DNA of 64,000 nucleotides from an uncultured Methanosarcinales archaeon (GTDB lineage: Archaea; Nanobdellota; Nanobdellia; Woesearchaeales; CAYZNE01): NCBI GenBank assembly GCA_964405295.1, contig CAYONI010000002.1, positions 59,133 to 123,132 on the forward strand, written 5' to 3'. Both the position numbers and the translations under genes were made by a program. The notes below the pieces were generated by a model. The model did not search any database. It was not told the origin of the DNA and was given only the letters and a program-made list of their open reading frames with translations. The first letter of the stretch is position 1, and each line of letters opens with the position of its first letter. Shown piece by piece: positions 40,768 to 49,240 of this stretch.

Positions 40768-41652
40768 ATGGTCTTAGAACATCTTGTTTCAGAGAAGATT
40801 TTAGAGAAAAAGCTTAGTTATGTGTTTTTCCTAGGAGTAATATATTCTGTTATAGGAATCTTTATTGCATCTATCTTATTTCCTGCAGATCCTTCTCTGG
40901 TGGCTGTTGCATTCACTGCAATTCTTCTTATTCCTAGTATTAGAAAAATATATCGGATTGAAGAGAAACAAGCGAAGCAAGAAAAGAAATTTTCATTCAA
41001 GGCCATATGGCGAGATGAGAATGATTTTATTAAAGTATATCTGCTTTTGATGTTGGGAATATTTTTAGTTTACTCAATTTCTGCTTTGATTCTGCCTAGT
41101 TTTCAAATTAATTCATTGTTTCGAGATCAATTAGAACTTCGGGGTGCAGGTGCTATTGATAATCTTGCAGGAAATGCGTTTTCATTTTCAAATTCTTTGT
41201 TTACGTCATTATTATTAAATAATGTTTTAGTTTTAATTGCCTGTGTAATTCTGGCTTTTTTGACAGGTGATGGCGCAATATTTCTGTTAACTTGGAACGC
41301 CAGTTTATGGGGTACCATATTTGGTGTTACTGCCAGGAATGCCAGTCTTGTTTCTAGCATAAATCCAATTGTATTATTGCTATTAATTTTAGTTATTGTT
41401 TTACCTCACGCGATTTTAGAGATGTTGGGTTATATTCTCGGTGCAATAGGTGGTGGATTAATTTCTAGCGATATAGAAGTTGACATTGGAGAGAGGAAAC
41501 GGGATAGATTTAAGAAAACTTATTGGAAGATGGCAATGTGGATCCTGATTATTGCTGTAGTTGTGATAGTTGCAGGTGTCCTTGTGGAAACTTTTGTTCT
41601 TGAGAATGTCAGTATTTATGCAAAGATAATTCAGCAGAGTTATTTAGTTTAA
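40768..41652 (+). CDS. SpoIIM/DUF95-family membrane protein
   Basis: LPHAILEMLGYILGAIGGG motif; multiple TMs. Confidence 0.5.
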   Translation: MVLEHLVSEKILEKKLSYVFFLGVIYSVIGIFIASILFPADPSLVAVAFTAILLIPSIRKIYRIEEKQAKQEKKFSFKAIWRDENDFIKVYLLLMLGIFLVYSISALILPSFQINSLFRDQLELRGAGAIDNLAGNAFSFSNSLFTSLLLNNVLVLIACVILAFLTGDGAIFLLTWNASLWGTIFGVTARNASLVSSINPIVLLLLILVIVLPHAILEMLGYILGAIGGGLISSDIEVDIGERKRDRFKKTYWKMAMWILIIAVVVIVAGVLVETFVLENVSIYAKIIQQSYLV

Positions 41653-41655
41653 TTA

Positions 41656-41952
41656 TTATCTCTTTTTTTCTGCTTTACTTACTAAACCTAGAACTGTGGA
41701 TATAAGTGTAATCCAAATTATTCCTGTAAGTATTTGTTGGAGAAAAGCATACCACCCATTAAAATGGATGTAGAATGCTGCAGCGATTATTCCAACAGTA
41801 AGTGTAAGTGGTATTAGTCTTTTAATTAGTTTTAACACAGGAGTTTTTGCTGGTTTTTTTGGTCCTAATTTATCTATTATATCTTGAAGCACTCTCTCTT
41901 TTTGTAATCTTAACTCCTTCTCTTCTGCTAATTTTTTCTTTGATTTTTTCAT
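41656..41952 (-). CDS. small membrane protein (hypothetical)
   Basis: Basic N-terminus, then two TM helices. Confidence 0.35.
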   Translation of the reverse strand: MKKSKKKLAEEKELRLQKERVLQDIIDKLGPKKPAKTPVLKLIKRLIPLTLTVGIIAAAFYIHFNGWYAFLQQILTGIIWITLISTVLGLVSKAEKKR

Positions 41953-41973
41953 TTTCTAAAATAGATAGAACAG

Positions 41974-42013
41974 TTATCTGTATGAAAGTAAAATATCCCT
42001 CCCCCCAGACTTG
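41974..42013. repeat. 40-bp direct repeat, distal copy of the tRNA-Tyr 3' end plus flank
   Basis: 39/40 identical to 42073-42112; contains the last 18 nt of tRNA-Tyr but lacks the rest of the gene. Confidence 0.8.
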
Positions 42014-42072
42014 CACTCAAACTTTGTTTGGTGCCTCGCTTTGCTTCGGAACAAGTTCCAGTCTGCGTTGGA

Positions 42073-42112
42073 TTATCTGTATGGAAGTAAAATATCCCTC
42101 CCCCCAGACTTG
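42073..42112. repeat. 40-bp direct repeat, tRNA-proximal copy
   Basis: Spans the tRNA-Tyr T-loop to the discriminator base plus 22 nt of 3' flank. Confidence 0.8.
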
Positions 42113-42220
42113 AACCGGGGACCTTTCGGTTACGGCTGGTTATGTTTCATTTCTGTCCTTTCGGGTTAAGATCGCATAACTTCTACAGCCGAACGCTCTA
42201 GCCAACTGAGCTAGGGAGGG
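42095..42220 (-). tRNA. tRNA-Tyr(GTA) with 52-nt bulge-helix-bulge intron at 37/38
   Basis: Minus-strand cloverleaf read by eye. Acceptor CCCTCCC/GGGAGGG gives C1-G72, the archaeal Tyr identity element. D arm TAGCTCAGTTGGCTAGAGCG; anticodon loop CTGTAGA. The intron 3' end CAGCCG pairs with CGGCTG of the anticodon stem-loop. T arm CCCGGTTCAAGTCTGGG; CCA is not encoded. Confidence 0.8.
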
Positions 42221-42340
42221 ATACTTCTAAGAATCTATATTTTCTTTATAAAGTTTTTTGCACTGGCACTGGACATTTGTCTGTGAGCTATATAAAGAAT
42301 TTATACTATAAAGATATTGTAATCAAAAGAGGTGATTTAG

Positions 42341-42463
42341 ATGATATCAGTACAAGCATATGGTAGAGCAAACGTTTTTAGGGCATTGTTTAGGTCAAGG
42401 AGAGGGTGGATAAGAATGTATATTCCTTTCAATAATATGGACACACATGAGGAGGAATGCTAA
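42341..42463 (+). CDS. sORF1, 40-aa Arg-rich peptide
   Basis: SD AGAGGTGA 7 nt upstream. Sequence MISVQAYGRANVFRALFRSRRGWIRMYIPFNNMDTHEEEC; a TATA-like GCTATATAAAG lies ~45 bp upstream. Confidence 0.35.
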   Translation: MISVQAYGRANVFRALFRSRRGWIRMYIPFNNMDTHEEEC

Positions 42464-42464
42464 T

Positions 42465-42527
42465 ATGGGAAAACAATTAAAAATGATTGTTTTTGCGCAT
42501 TATAATTTTGGAGGAAAATTAGAATGA
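42465..42527 (+). CDS. sORF2, 20-aa peptide
   Basis: MGKQLKMIVFAHYNFGGKLE; starts 1 nt after the sORF1 stop and contains a GGAGG SD for sORF3. Confidence 0.3.
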   Translation: MGKQLKMIVFAHYNFGGKLE

Positions 42528-42643
42528 ATACTAAGGAAACATTAAATGCAAACGTTACAGAAATAAATTCGTTATTTTTCAATCAAGTAAAAGTTATGAC
42601 ATCAAGAAATCTGAGATCTTTTGATTCTCAGTTTGTAGCATGA
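42524..42643 (+). CDS. sORF3, 39-aa peptide
   Basis: GGAGGAAAATTAGA precedes the ATG; ATGA overlap with the sORF2 stop. Confidence 0.35.
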   Translation: MNTKETLNANVTEINSLFFNQVKVMTSRNLRSFDSQFVA

Positions 42644-42652
42644 GGTGATAAA

Positions 42653-42781
42653 ATGAAGAAATATGCATCAAAAAAAGAAATTTATTCAGATGAAGTATCA
42701 AAATTATTAGTAGATTCAAACTTGATTTCAGTAGAAGAATCAAAATCTTTTAGAAATTATATTCTCAGTGCCGCGATTTAA
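42653..42781 (+). CDS. sORF4, 42-aa acidic peptide
   Basis: GAGGTGATAAA precedes the ATG. Sequence MKKYASKKEIYSDEVSKLLVDSNLISVEESKSFRNYILSAAI. Confidence 0.35.
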   Translation: MKKYASKKEIYSDEVSKLLVDSNLISVEESKSFRNYILSAAI

Positions 42782-42783
42782 AC

Positions 42784-42819
42784 ACCCCTCTCCTCTCTTT
42801 ATTGAGGGGTTAATTTTTT
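42784..42819 (+). terminator. hairpin plus oligo-T terminator after the sORF cluster
   Basis: ACCCCTC ... GAGGGGT 7-bp stem with a 13-nt loop, followed by TAATTTTTT. Confidence 0.55.
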
Positions 42820-42823
42820 AAAT

Positions 42824-42842
42824 AACGACATATGTCGCTATA
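42824..42842. promoter_or_regulatory. palindromic operator-like site CGACATATGTCG within AACGACATATGTCGCTATA
   Basis: Perfect 12-bp palindrome between a TTTAAATA TATA-like box and the ATG of the HTH_10 regulator. A second, degenerate copy lies at 43499-43517. Confidence 0.45.
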
Positions 42843-42844
42843 GT

Positions 42845-43495
42845 ATGTGGGTTGCAAAGATTCAAGCATCTAGAAGTTCAAGTATTTTTGAACCAGTTGC
42901 AAAAAAATATAATTTAACAATAACTGCTTATCCTATTACTTCTTTTAAGAAAAATAATAAACGTTATTTTATTGCTACTGCAACAGTGTTAGGTGATGAA
43001 AATTCAATTAAAAAATGTCTTATTGGTATTAGGAAGAATAAAAGAGTTAAGAAAATTGAAAGAAAAAAAGATTTTTTTATGGTTCTTTATGAACGAGATA
43101 ATTTTCTTAAAGAGCTTTATAACCCTGAATTTATAAAAGTGAAGCCAATAGTTATAAACAATAAGGGTGATGAAACTTGGGAAATAGGTTGCTTTGAGAA
43201 GAATCCGCTAATGAAATTAATCTCTTTTCTTAAAAAACAGCCAATTAAATTTAAACTCCTTAAATTAAAACAAGAAGTTCTCGAAAATATTGCAATTGTA
43301 AATGTAATTCCGGATATAACTAAAAAACAAAAAAAAGCTTTGCAGTTAGCAGTGAATAATGGTTATTATAATTACCCTAAAAAAGTGGAGTTAAAAGAAC
43401 TTGCAAAACTTATGAATATTTCTTATTCTACATATCAAGCACACCTAAAAAAGGCTGAAGGTAAACTTATACCTTTTATGTCAAAGAATATCTAA
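42845..43495 (+). CDS. HTH_10 (Bat-type) family transcriptional regulator
   Basis: C-terminal KKQKKALQLAVNNGYYNYPKKVELKELAKLMNISYSTYQAHLKKAEGKL matches the HTH_10 signature. Confidence 0.6.
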   Translation: MWVAKIQASRSSSIFEPVAKKYNLTITAYPITSFKKNNKRYFIATATVLGDENSIKKCLIGIRKNKRVKKIERKKDFFMVLYERDNFLKELYNPEFIKVKPIVINNKGDETWEIGCFEKNPLMKLISFLKKQPIKFKLLKLKQEVLENIAIVNVIPDITKKQKKALQLAVNNGYYNYPKKVELKELAKLMNISYSTYQAHLKKAEGKLIPFMSKNI

Positions 43496-43498
43496 AAG

Positions 43499-43517
43499 AA
43501 CGATATGTGTCGCTATA
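43499..43517. promoter_or_regulatory. second copy of operator-like motif (AACGATATGTGTCGCTATA)
   Basis: 16/19 identical to 42824-42842; directly downstream of the regulator gene and upstream of ORF 43526. Confidence 0.4.
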
Positions 43518-43525
43518 AAGCTTAA

Positions 43526-44278
43526 ATGCTCTTTTTGTTTTCTCTTATTTGTGATGAAAGAATGAATATCTATAAATTAATCGCAAAACGTGATTATTAT
43601 ATAACCTTAATAAGTGAAATATATACTTTACCAAATGATAAAATAGAAAAGTATCTTGCTTTTCATAAAGAAAAAGTAGTAAATTTTAGAAAAAAACCTT
43701 TTTTTAAATCGATATTTGACCCTTGTTTTTATGGAAATAAACTTTCTAATTATACTTTAAGAGAATATTTTTTCCATGAAAAAAAATTAGTTAAACAAGA
43801 CAATATTTCTGATTTGGTTTCTAAAGAAGTAACAAATGAAATAGTTTCTTCTTATAAACCTAACTTTAGGTATCTATTAACAGCAAAAATTATGGAATCT
43901 TATGCAGAAGGATTATTCTATATTAAGGATTCTAATTCTTATATCTATGATAAATTAGAACACGTAACTTTATCTCAAATGAATATGTGTTTATCTCAAT
44001 TAGCATATGTTACAGCTTATAATTGGATAAAAAATAATAAAATAAAAAACATAAATAAAACTTCTTTAGATGAATTTAAATATTTAATGAGAAAAAATAT
44101 GCTCTTTATAGAATCAAACATAAGATTTAATAAATCTATCCCATCAAATTCTTATTTTATTGCTAGAATAGACTTAAATTCCATAAAAACAATTAAAAAT
44201 TTAACATTATCTTATTTTGATTCTTCTTTTTCTGATAAAAAAGGTAATGCAAAAATAGAATTAGCTTTAACTACATAA
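43526..44278 (+). CDS. hypothetical protein
   Basis: 250 aa, N/K/Y-rich, no motif; start possibly at the internal Met (MNIYK). Confidence 0.3.
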   Translation: MLFLFSLICDERMNIYKLIAKRDYYITLISEIYTLPNDKIEKYLAFHKEKVVNFRKKPFFKSIFDPCFYGNKLSNYTLREYFFHEKKLVKQDNISDLVSKEVTNEIVSSYKPNFRYLLTAKIMESYAEGLFYIKDSNSYIYDKLEHVTLSQMNMCLSQLAYVTAYNWIKNNKIKNINKTSLDEFKYLMRKNMLFIESNIRFNKSIPSNSYFIARIDLNSIKTIKNLTLSYFDSSFSDKKGNAKIELALTT

Positions 44279-45467
44279 ATAAATAAACTTGATCATTTTT
44301 CCTACACATTTTAGTGGTTTTAATACCGATAACTTGACCTTTCTTTGCAGACTTAACAATCTTCTTTTTGTCTATTTCTATGTCTCCAATTTTTTGTTCG
44401 TGAACTCCTGTTGTTGCACCAATTATTAAAATATTATCTCCGACATTTATTTTACCTGTATCAATTCTTATTTCTGCAACACTTATTTTCTTGAAGAAAT
44501 TAGTTATTTTACCTAGGTAGACTTTCTTTTTAGTTGCTTGACTACCATAATCTTTTGTCCATTCATTGATTGGTTTTCCCAGGAAAAAACCTGAACTAAA
44601 TCCTCTATTATAAACTGTTTTTAGTTTTTCTACTAATCTCTTTTTAAGAGTTGCATTTAGTTTTTTAGAATAATATGCATCAATTGCTCGTCTATAAGCT
44701 TCAGTTGTAACTTTAACATATTCAGGACTTCTTGCTCTACCTTCAATCTTTAAACATTTAATATTTGTCTTAATTAACTTATCAATAAAAGGTAGTGTGC
44801 ATAAATCTTTTGGGCTCATAATATAATTATTTTCTAATTTTAATTCTTTATTTGTTTCCGGATCTTTGACAATATAACTTCTTCTGCATGGTTGAATACA
44901 TTTTCCTCTATTTGCAGAAGTCTTATCTCCATAAAGGAATTGTGATAAAAAACATCTACCGCTAACTGAAACACACATTGCTCCGTGTGCAAAAACTTCA
45001 ATGTCTGCAATTTTAGTTAATCCTTTAATTTGCTCCAGAGAACATTCTCTTGCAAGAACAAATCTTTTTACACCTAATTTTTTATATAATTTTATTGATT
45101 GAGAATTTGATGTTGAACCCTGAGTACTAAGATGAATTTCTAGTCCCAATTTTTTACACATAGATATAACTGCCATATCCCAGCAAATTATTGCATCGAT
45201 CTTTGCCTTCTTAGCTGCACTTAGAACGTTTTTTATTATTTTAAGTTCTTCATCAAAAATAATCGTGTTAACAGTCAGGTATACTTTAACTTTATTTTTA
45301 TGGGTGTAATCTGTAATTTTTTTAAGATCTTCAATGGAGAAGTTATTGGCTCTTTCTCTCATATTTAGGCCTTTTATGCCCAAATAAACTGCATTTGCTC
45401 CTGCCTCAACAGCTGCAACCAGCATTTCCCAGTTACCTACAGGTGCTAATAATTCAATTTTTTTCAT
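44271..45467 (-). CDS. U32-family peptidase-like protein (RlhA/TrhP-type)
   Basis: N-terminus ELLAPVGNWEMLVAAVEAGANAVYLG and Cys-rich middle region typical of peptidase U32. Confidence 0.8.
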   Translation of the reverse strand: MKKIELLAPVGNWEMLVAAVEAGANAVYLGIKGLNMRERANNFSIEDLKKITDYTHKNKVKVYLTVNTIIFDEELKIIKNVLSAAKKAKIDAIICWDMAVISMCKKLGLEIHLSTQGSTSNSQSIKLYKKLGVKRFVLARECSLEQIKGLTKIADIEVFAHGAMCVSVSGRCFLSQFLYGDKTSANRGKCIQPCRRSYIVKDPETNKELKLENNYIMSPKDLCTLPFIDKLIKTNIKCLKIEGRARSPEYVKVTTEAYRRAIDAYYSKKLNATLKKRLVEKLKTVYNRGFSSGFFLGKPINEWTKDYGSQATKKKVYLGKITNFFKKISVAEIRIDTGKINVGDNILIIGATTGVHEQKIGDIEIDKKKIVKSAKKGQVIGIKTTKMCRKNDQVYLFM

Positions 45468-45550
45468 TTTTTATAGGATATGAATATTCTTTAAAAATCT
45501 TTATTCTTACAATACCTTTAAAAAGGATTATTCAACTCTTATACTTAAAT

Positions 45551-45625
45551 GGGCCCGTGGCCTAGCTTGGATATGGCGACGGCCTTCTAAGCCGTAGATC
45601 GAGGGTTCGAATCCCCCCGGGCTCA
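45551..45625 (+). tRNA. tRNA-Arg(TCT)
   Basis: 75-nt cloverleaf: acceptor GGGCCCG/CGGGCTC, anticodon stem ACGGC/GCCGT with loop CTTCTAA, T loop TTCGAAT, discriminator A; oligo-T follows. Confidence 0.85.
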
Positions 45626-45702
45626 TTTATTTTTTTATTTTATTTGGGATTTGACAAGAGTTCCAAATACCTTTTTAAACATAATATTACTTCTGTTGAA
45701 TT

Positions 45703-45957
45703 ATGCAATATGATTTAGAGATTCCTAGGATTATAGAAGAAATCAAGAGTAATGATGCAAAGAATGTTCTTTTGCAGTTACCTGATGGTTTGAAACCTAA
45801 AGCAAAGGAAATAGTTGATTCTGTAAGAAAAGAGTTAGATGTAAATTTATTTATTTGGTCTGGTACTAATTTTGGTGCTTGTGATATCCCCTTACATTTA
45901 GAAAAGTTAGGAATTGATTTAATATTGCATTTTGGGCATTCAGAGTTTAAACGATGA
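45703..45957 (+). CDS. dph2: diphthamide synthase Dph2, N-terminal fragment (domain 1) of a split gene
   Basis: NVLLQLPDGLKPKAKEI and NFGACDIPLHLEKLGIDLILHFGHS match the Dph2 N-domain including the first cluster Cys. The stop overlaps the next start (ATGA). Confidence 0.7.
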   Translation: MQYDLEIPRIIEEIKSNDAKNVLLQLPDGLKPKAKEIVDSVRKELDVNLFIWSGTNFGACDIPLHLEKLGIDLILHFGHSEFKR

Positions 45958-46616
45958 AAATAAAATATTTTGAAACAAGATCAAGTATAAGTTTACCTAA
46001 AATAACCCAGGAGTTAATTGATTTAGTTAAAGGTAAATCTGTTGCACTCTTTACAACAGTTCAATTTCTAGAACAAAGAAATAACTTAGCTGTCGATTTA
46101 TTAAAATATTGTAAGATTATTAATATGAAACTTGCTCACTGTAAATATCCTGATCAAATTCTAGGCTGTAGTGCTTTTGATTCTGAAATTCCTGAAAAAC
46201 CTGATTTATTTATCTATCTGGGTGATGGGGTTTTTCATCCAAAATCTCTTGTATTAAAAGATGTCGTAGATGAAGTTTATTGTCTATCACCAATTGATTT
46301 TTCAATTAAGAAGATTATCAAAGAAGATGTTTCAAGTTTAATCAAAAAGAGAAATGGTGCACTAAGTGGATTTGCCATTGCAAAGAATGTTGGTGTTTTA
46401 ATAACAACAAAACCAGGGCAAAACAATTTAAAGAAAGCTTTAGAGTTAAAAACTGATAAGAATATTTATTATTTCTTAGATGATACCATTAATTTTGCAG
46501 AACTTGAAAACTTTAATTTCATAGATTGCTGGGTTAACACTGCTTGTCCAAGAATTGCATATGATGATTTTATTAAGATAGGTAAACCAATTGTTAATTT
46601 AGGTGACTTGCAATGA
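45954..46616 (+). CDS. dph2: diphthamide synthase Dph2, C-terminal fragment (domains 2-3)
   Basis: Contains the remaining conserved Cys residues (LGCSAFD, NTACPRIA). Confidence 0.7.
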   Translation: MKIKYFETRSSISLPKITQELIDLVKGKSVALFTTVQFLEQRNNLAVDLLKYCKIINMKLAHCKYPDQILGCSAFDSEIPEKPDLFIYLGDGVFHPKSLVLKDVVDEVYCLSPIDFSIKKIIKEDVSSLIKKRNGALSGFAIAKNVGVLITTKPGQNNLKKALELKTDKNIYYFLDDTINFAELENFNFIDCWVNTACPRIAYDDFIKIGKPIVNLGDLQ

Positions 46617-47578
46617 ATTTCCTAACTAAAAAGCAAATAATTGAACTTGAGAAGAAGTCTTACGGAATTGTAGGACATTCCTCAGTCCAAATTTGTGAAT
46701 GGAACAAAAAAGCAATTCTTGGTAAAGGAGTTTGCTATAAAGAGAAGTTCTATGATGCACACTGTCATAAGTGTATGCAGTTTACTCCAATAACTATGTG
46801 GTGTGATAATAATTGTATTTTTTGTTGGAGACCAATGGAGTATATGGATTTTGCTTCAGTAAAAGATGTTAAATGGCAGTTGCCTGAAGAATATGTTGAA
46901 CAATTAATAGAAAAAAGAATAAAATTATTGTCTGGGTTTGGCGGAAATGATAAAGCAGACAAAGAAAAATGGAAAGATGCATTAGAGCCAGATCACTATG
47001 CAATTTCCCTAAGTGGTGAGCCAACACTCTACCCTTATCTCCCAGAGCTTGTTAAGTATCTAAAAGAAAAGAAAAAAGCAAGAACTATTTTTATTGTTTC
47101 AAATGGTAATAATCCTGATATGATTCTAAAATTAAAAAAGGAAGATGCTTTGCCTAATCAATTTTATATTTCTGTTAATGGGCCTAATAAAGATTTATTT
47201 AATCAAATAGTTCATTCACACAGAAAAGATGCATGGGAAAGATTTCAGAGATCATTATCTCTGCTAAAAGATTTAAATTGTAGAACCGTTCTAAGAGTTA
47301 CATTAATTAAAGGAATGTCTATGGATGATAAATTAGTAGAACAATATGCTAAACTAATTGAGAATTCTCAAGCAGATTTTATAGAGGTAAAAGCTTATAT
47401 GCACATAGGAATGTCTAGACAAAGGCTTAACATGGATGCAATGCCCTATCATGAAGAAATCAGGGAATATTCAGAAAAGTTACTTAAACTACTTCCCTCA
47501 TATAAATTTGAAGACGAACAGATTGAGTCAAGAATTGTTTTGTTAATGAGAAAAGATTTTAAGACGAGGTATTTCTAA
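46613..47578 (+). CDS. taw1: tRNA 4-demethylwyosine synthase Taw1/TYW1 (radical SAM)
   Basis: GHSSVQICEWNKKAILGKGVCYKEKFY and CDNNCIFCWRP; ATGA overlap with the upstream gene. Confidence 0.8.
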   Translation: MNFLTKKQIIELEKKSYGIVGHSSVQICEWNKKAILGKGVCYKEKFYDAHCHKCMQFTPITMWCDNNCIFCWRPMEYMDFASVKDVKWQLPEEYVEQLIEKRIKLLSGFGGNDKADKEKWKDALEPDHYAISLSGEPTLYPYLPELVKYLKEKKKARTIFIVSNGNNPDMILKLKKEDALPNQFYISVNGPNKDLFNQIVHSHRKDAWERFQRSLSLLKDLNCRTVLRVTLIKGMSMDDKLVEQYAKLIENSQADFIEVKAYMHIGMSRQRLNMDAMPYHEEIREYSEKLLKLLPSYKFEDEQIESRIVLLMRKDFKTRYF

Positions 47579-47602
47579 TGTATCCATATTTTAAGAACAA
47601 AT

Positions 47603-48958
47603 TTAATTAATTTTATTTGTGATCAATCTATTTAATTTTCTTCTAACAATATATGATAAAACGAATGCTGCAATAAATGTCCCTAGCATTAGTCCAAGCC
47701 ATATCCCTATAATTCCTAGATTTAAAATTTTAATAAATAGAAAGAAAAAAGAAATAGGTATGATAAATTGTTTAAATAAAGCTAAAAACATTGGAATAAG
47801 TGGTTTTTTTAGTCCTTGCAATGTTGTTGAATTAATTTGAAATAACATGTGTCCAAAAATTGTTATTGCGCTTATTCTTAATGCAATTATTCCTATTGCT
47901 ATTACTTGAGGGTCTGCAGTAAAAAAAGTTATTAATTGTTTTGCAAAAATAATAATTAGTATTGCACCAGTTAGGATCATATATAACCCATATTTTAATG
48001 ACGTATTTAGTGCTTGTTTTATTCTAGTGTATTTTTTAGCGCCATTATTTTGTCCGCTTATGGCAAGCATTGCCATTCCTAATCCTATTGCCGGTAAACC
48101 TATTATTTGTTCAATTCTTGAGGCAACTCCCCAGGCAGCTATTGCAGCATCTCCAAATGCTTTGAGAAAATACATTAATATTATCATTCCAACTGACATG
48201 ATAATCATGTTAAGACTTGCAGGAAAACCTTGCTTTGCAATATTCTTATAAAATTTAAGGTTAGGTATAACATTTTTTATTTTATCAAAAGAAATTATTT
48301 TAGATTTTATAACTTTAATAAATAAATATATCATTGATAAAAATTGAATAATCACAGTGCATAATGCAATTCCTTTGATGCCCATTGCAGGGAAACCTAA
48401 CCATCCATACATAAAAAAAGGATCTAAAATTAAGTTTAAGAAAAATCCTATAACCAAAGCATTTCTTAAAGATTTAGTATCCCCTATTGACATTAAACCT
48501 GCATTTAAAGTATGGACTAATATGAATAAAGGAGCTCCATATAAAATAATTAATGCATAATCTTTTGCAAGAGCGATTGTTATTACTGTTGCGCCCATAA
48601 ATTTAAGTAAAGGATCAATGAAAGTGAGACCCAATATCATTAAAATAGCTGATATTATTATTGAGAATCCTATTGCTTGCCAAGCATATTTTTTTGCAAT
48701 TTCTTTTTTGTTTTCACCAAGAAAGTTGGATATGAGTGCTGCACTACCAACACTAATGCCATTACCTAAACCTATTATTAACATAAAAATAGGAAATGCC
48801 ATAGTCATTGCAGCTAGTGCTTCAGTAGAAATTAATCCTACATAAAAAGTATCTGTAACATTGAACATTGTTTGAAAGAACATCCCTATGGCTGCAGGTA
48901 TAGCCATGCTTAATATTAATTTAGAAATATTACCTTTTGTAAGATTTTTACCTTTCAT
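47603..48958 (-). CDS. MATE-family efflux transporter
   Basis: 12 TMs; N-terminus LTKGNISKLILSMAIPAAIGMFFQTMFNVTDTFYVG. Confidence 0.85.
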   Translation of the reverse strand: MKGKNLTKGNISKLILSMAIPAAIGMFFQTMFNVTDTFYVGLISTEALAAMTMAFPIFMLIIGLGNGISVGSAALISNFLGENKKEIAKKYAWQAIGFSIIISAILMILGLTFIDPLLKFMGATVITIALAKDYALIILYGAPLFILVHTLNAGLMSIGDTKSLRNALVIGFFLNLILDPFFMYGWLGFPAMGIKGIALCTVIIQFLSMIYLFIKVIKSKIISFDKIKNVIPNLKFYKNIAKQGFPASLNMIIMSVGMIILMYFLKAFGDAAIAAWGVASRIEQIIGLPAIGLGMAMLAISGQNNGAKKYTRIKQALNTSLKYGLYMILTGAILIIIFAKQLITFFTADPQVIAIGIIALRISAITIFGHMLFQINSTTLQGLKKPLIPMFLALFKQFIIPISFFFLFIKILNLGIIGIWLGLMLGTFIAAFVLSYIVRRKLNRLITNKIN

Positions 48959-49015
48959 TATTAGATTTTAGAGTGATTTATTTAAAAAGCTTATAGATTT
49001 TTGTTATGTTAAATT

Positions 49016-49202
49016 TAACATCAGGATTAAGAGAAGTTTCTGGAGCGAATTTGGGAAATTTCAGCAGGAAATTTCCTCTTAATTGCTGTTATGTGTTTTT
49101 TCTGCAAGAAAAAAAGCCGAAGGCTCAGTTATTTTCATGTTAATTAATTTCGTCTGAAGAGAGTCTATATATCCGAAGGACGAGGGGGAGTCCAGATTTT
49201 TT
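49016..49202 (+). repeat. structured intergenic repeat unit A (attC-like imperfect hairpin plus GC-rich 3' module)
   Basis: TTAACATCAGGATTAAGAGAAG ... CTCTTAATTGCTGTTATGT, then CCGAAGGACGAGGGGGAGTCC and an oligo-T; homologous to units B-F. Confidence 0.65.
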
Positions 49203-49240
49203 GTTTCTTTTATTAAAAAAAGAAAGTTTACACTAAGATA

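Noticed and set aside
42014-42072. An integrated mobile element between the two 40-bp tRNA-Tyr repeats
   Set aside because: Only 59 bp lie between the repeats, with no ORF. It is interpreted as a scar or remnant rather than an extant element.
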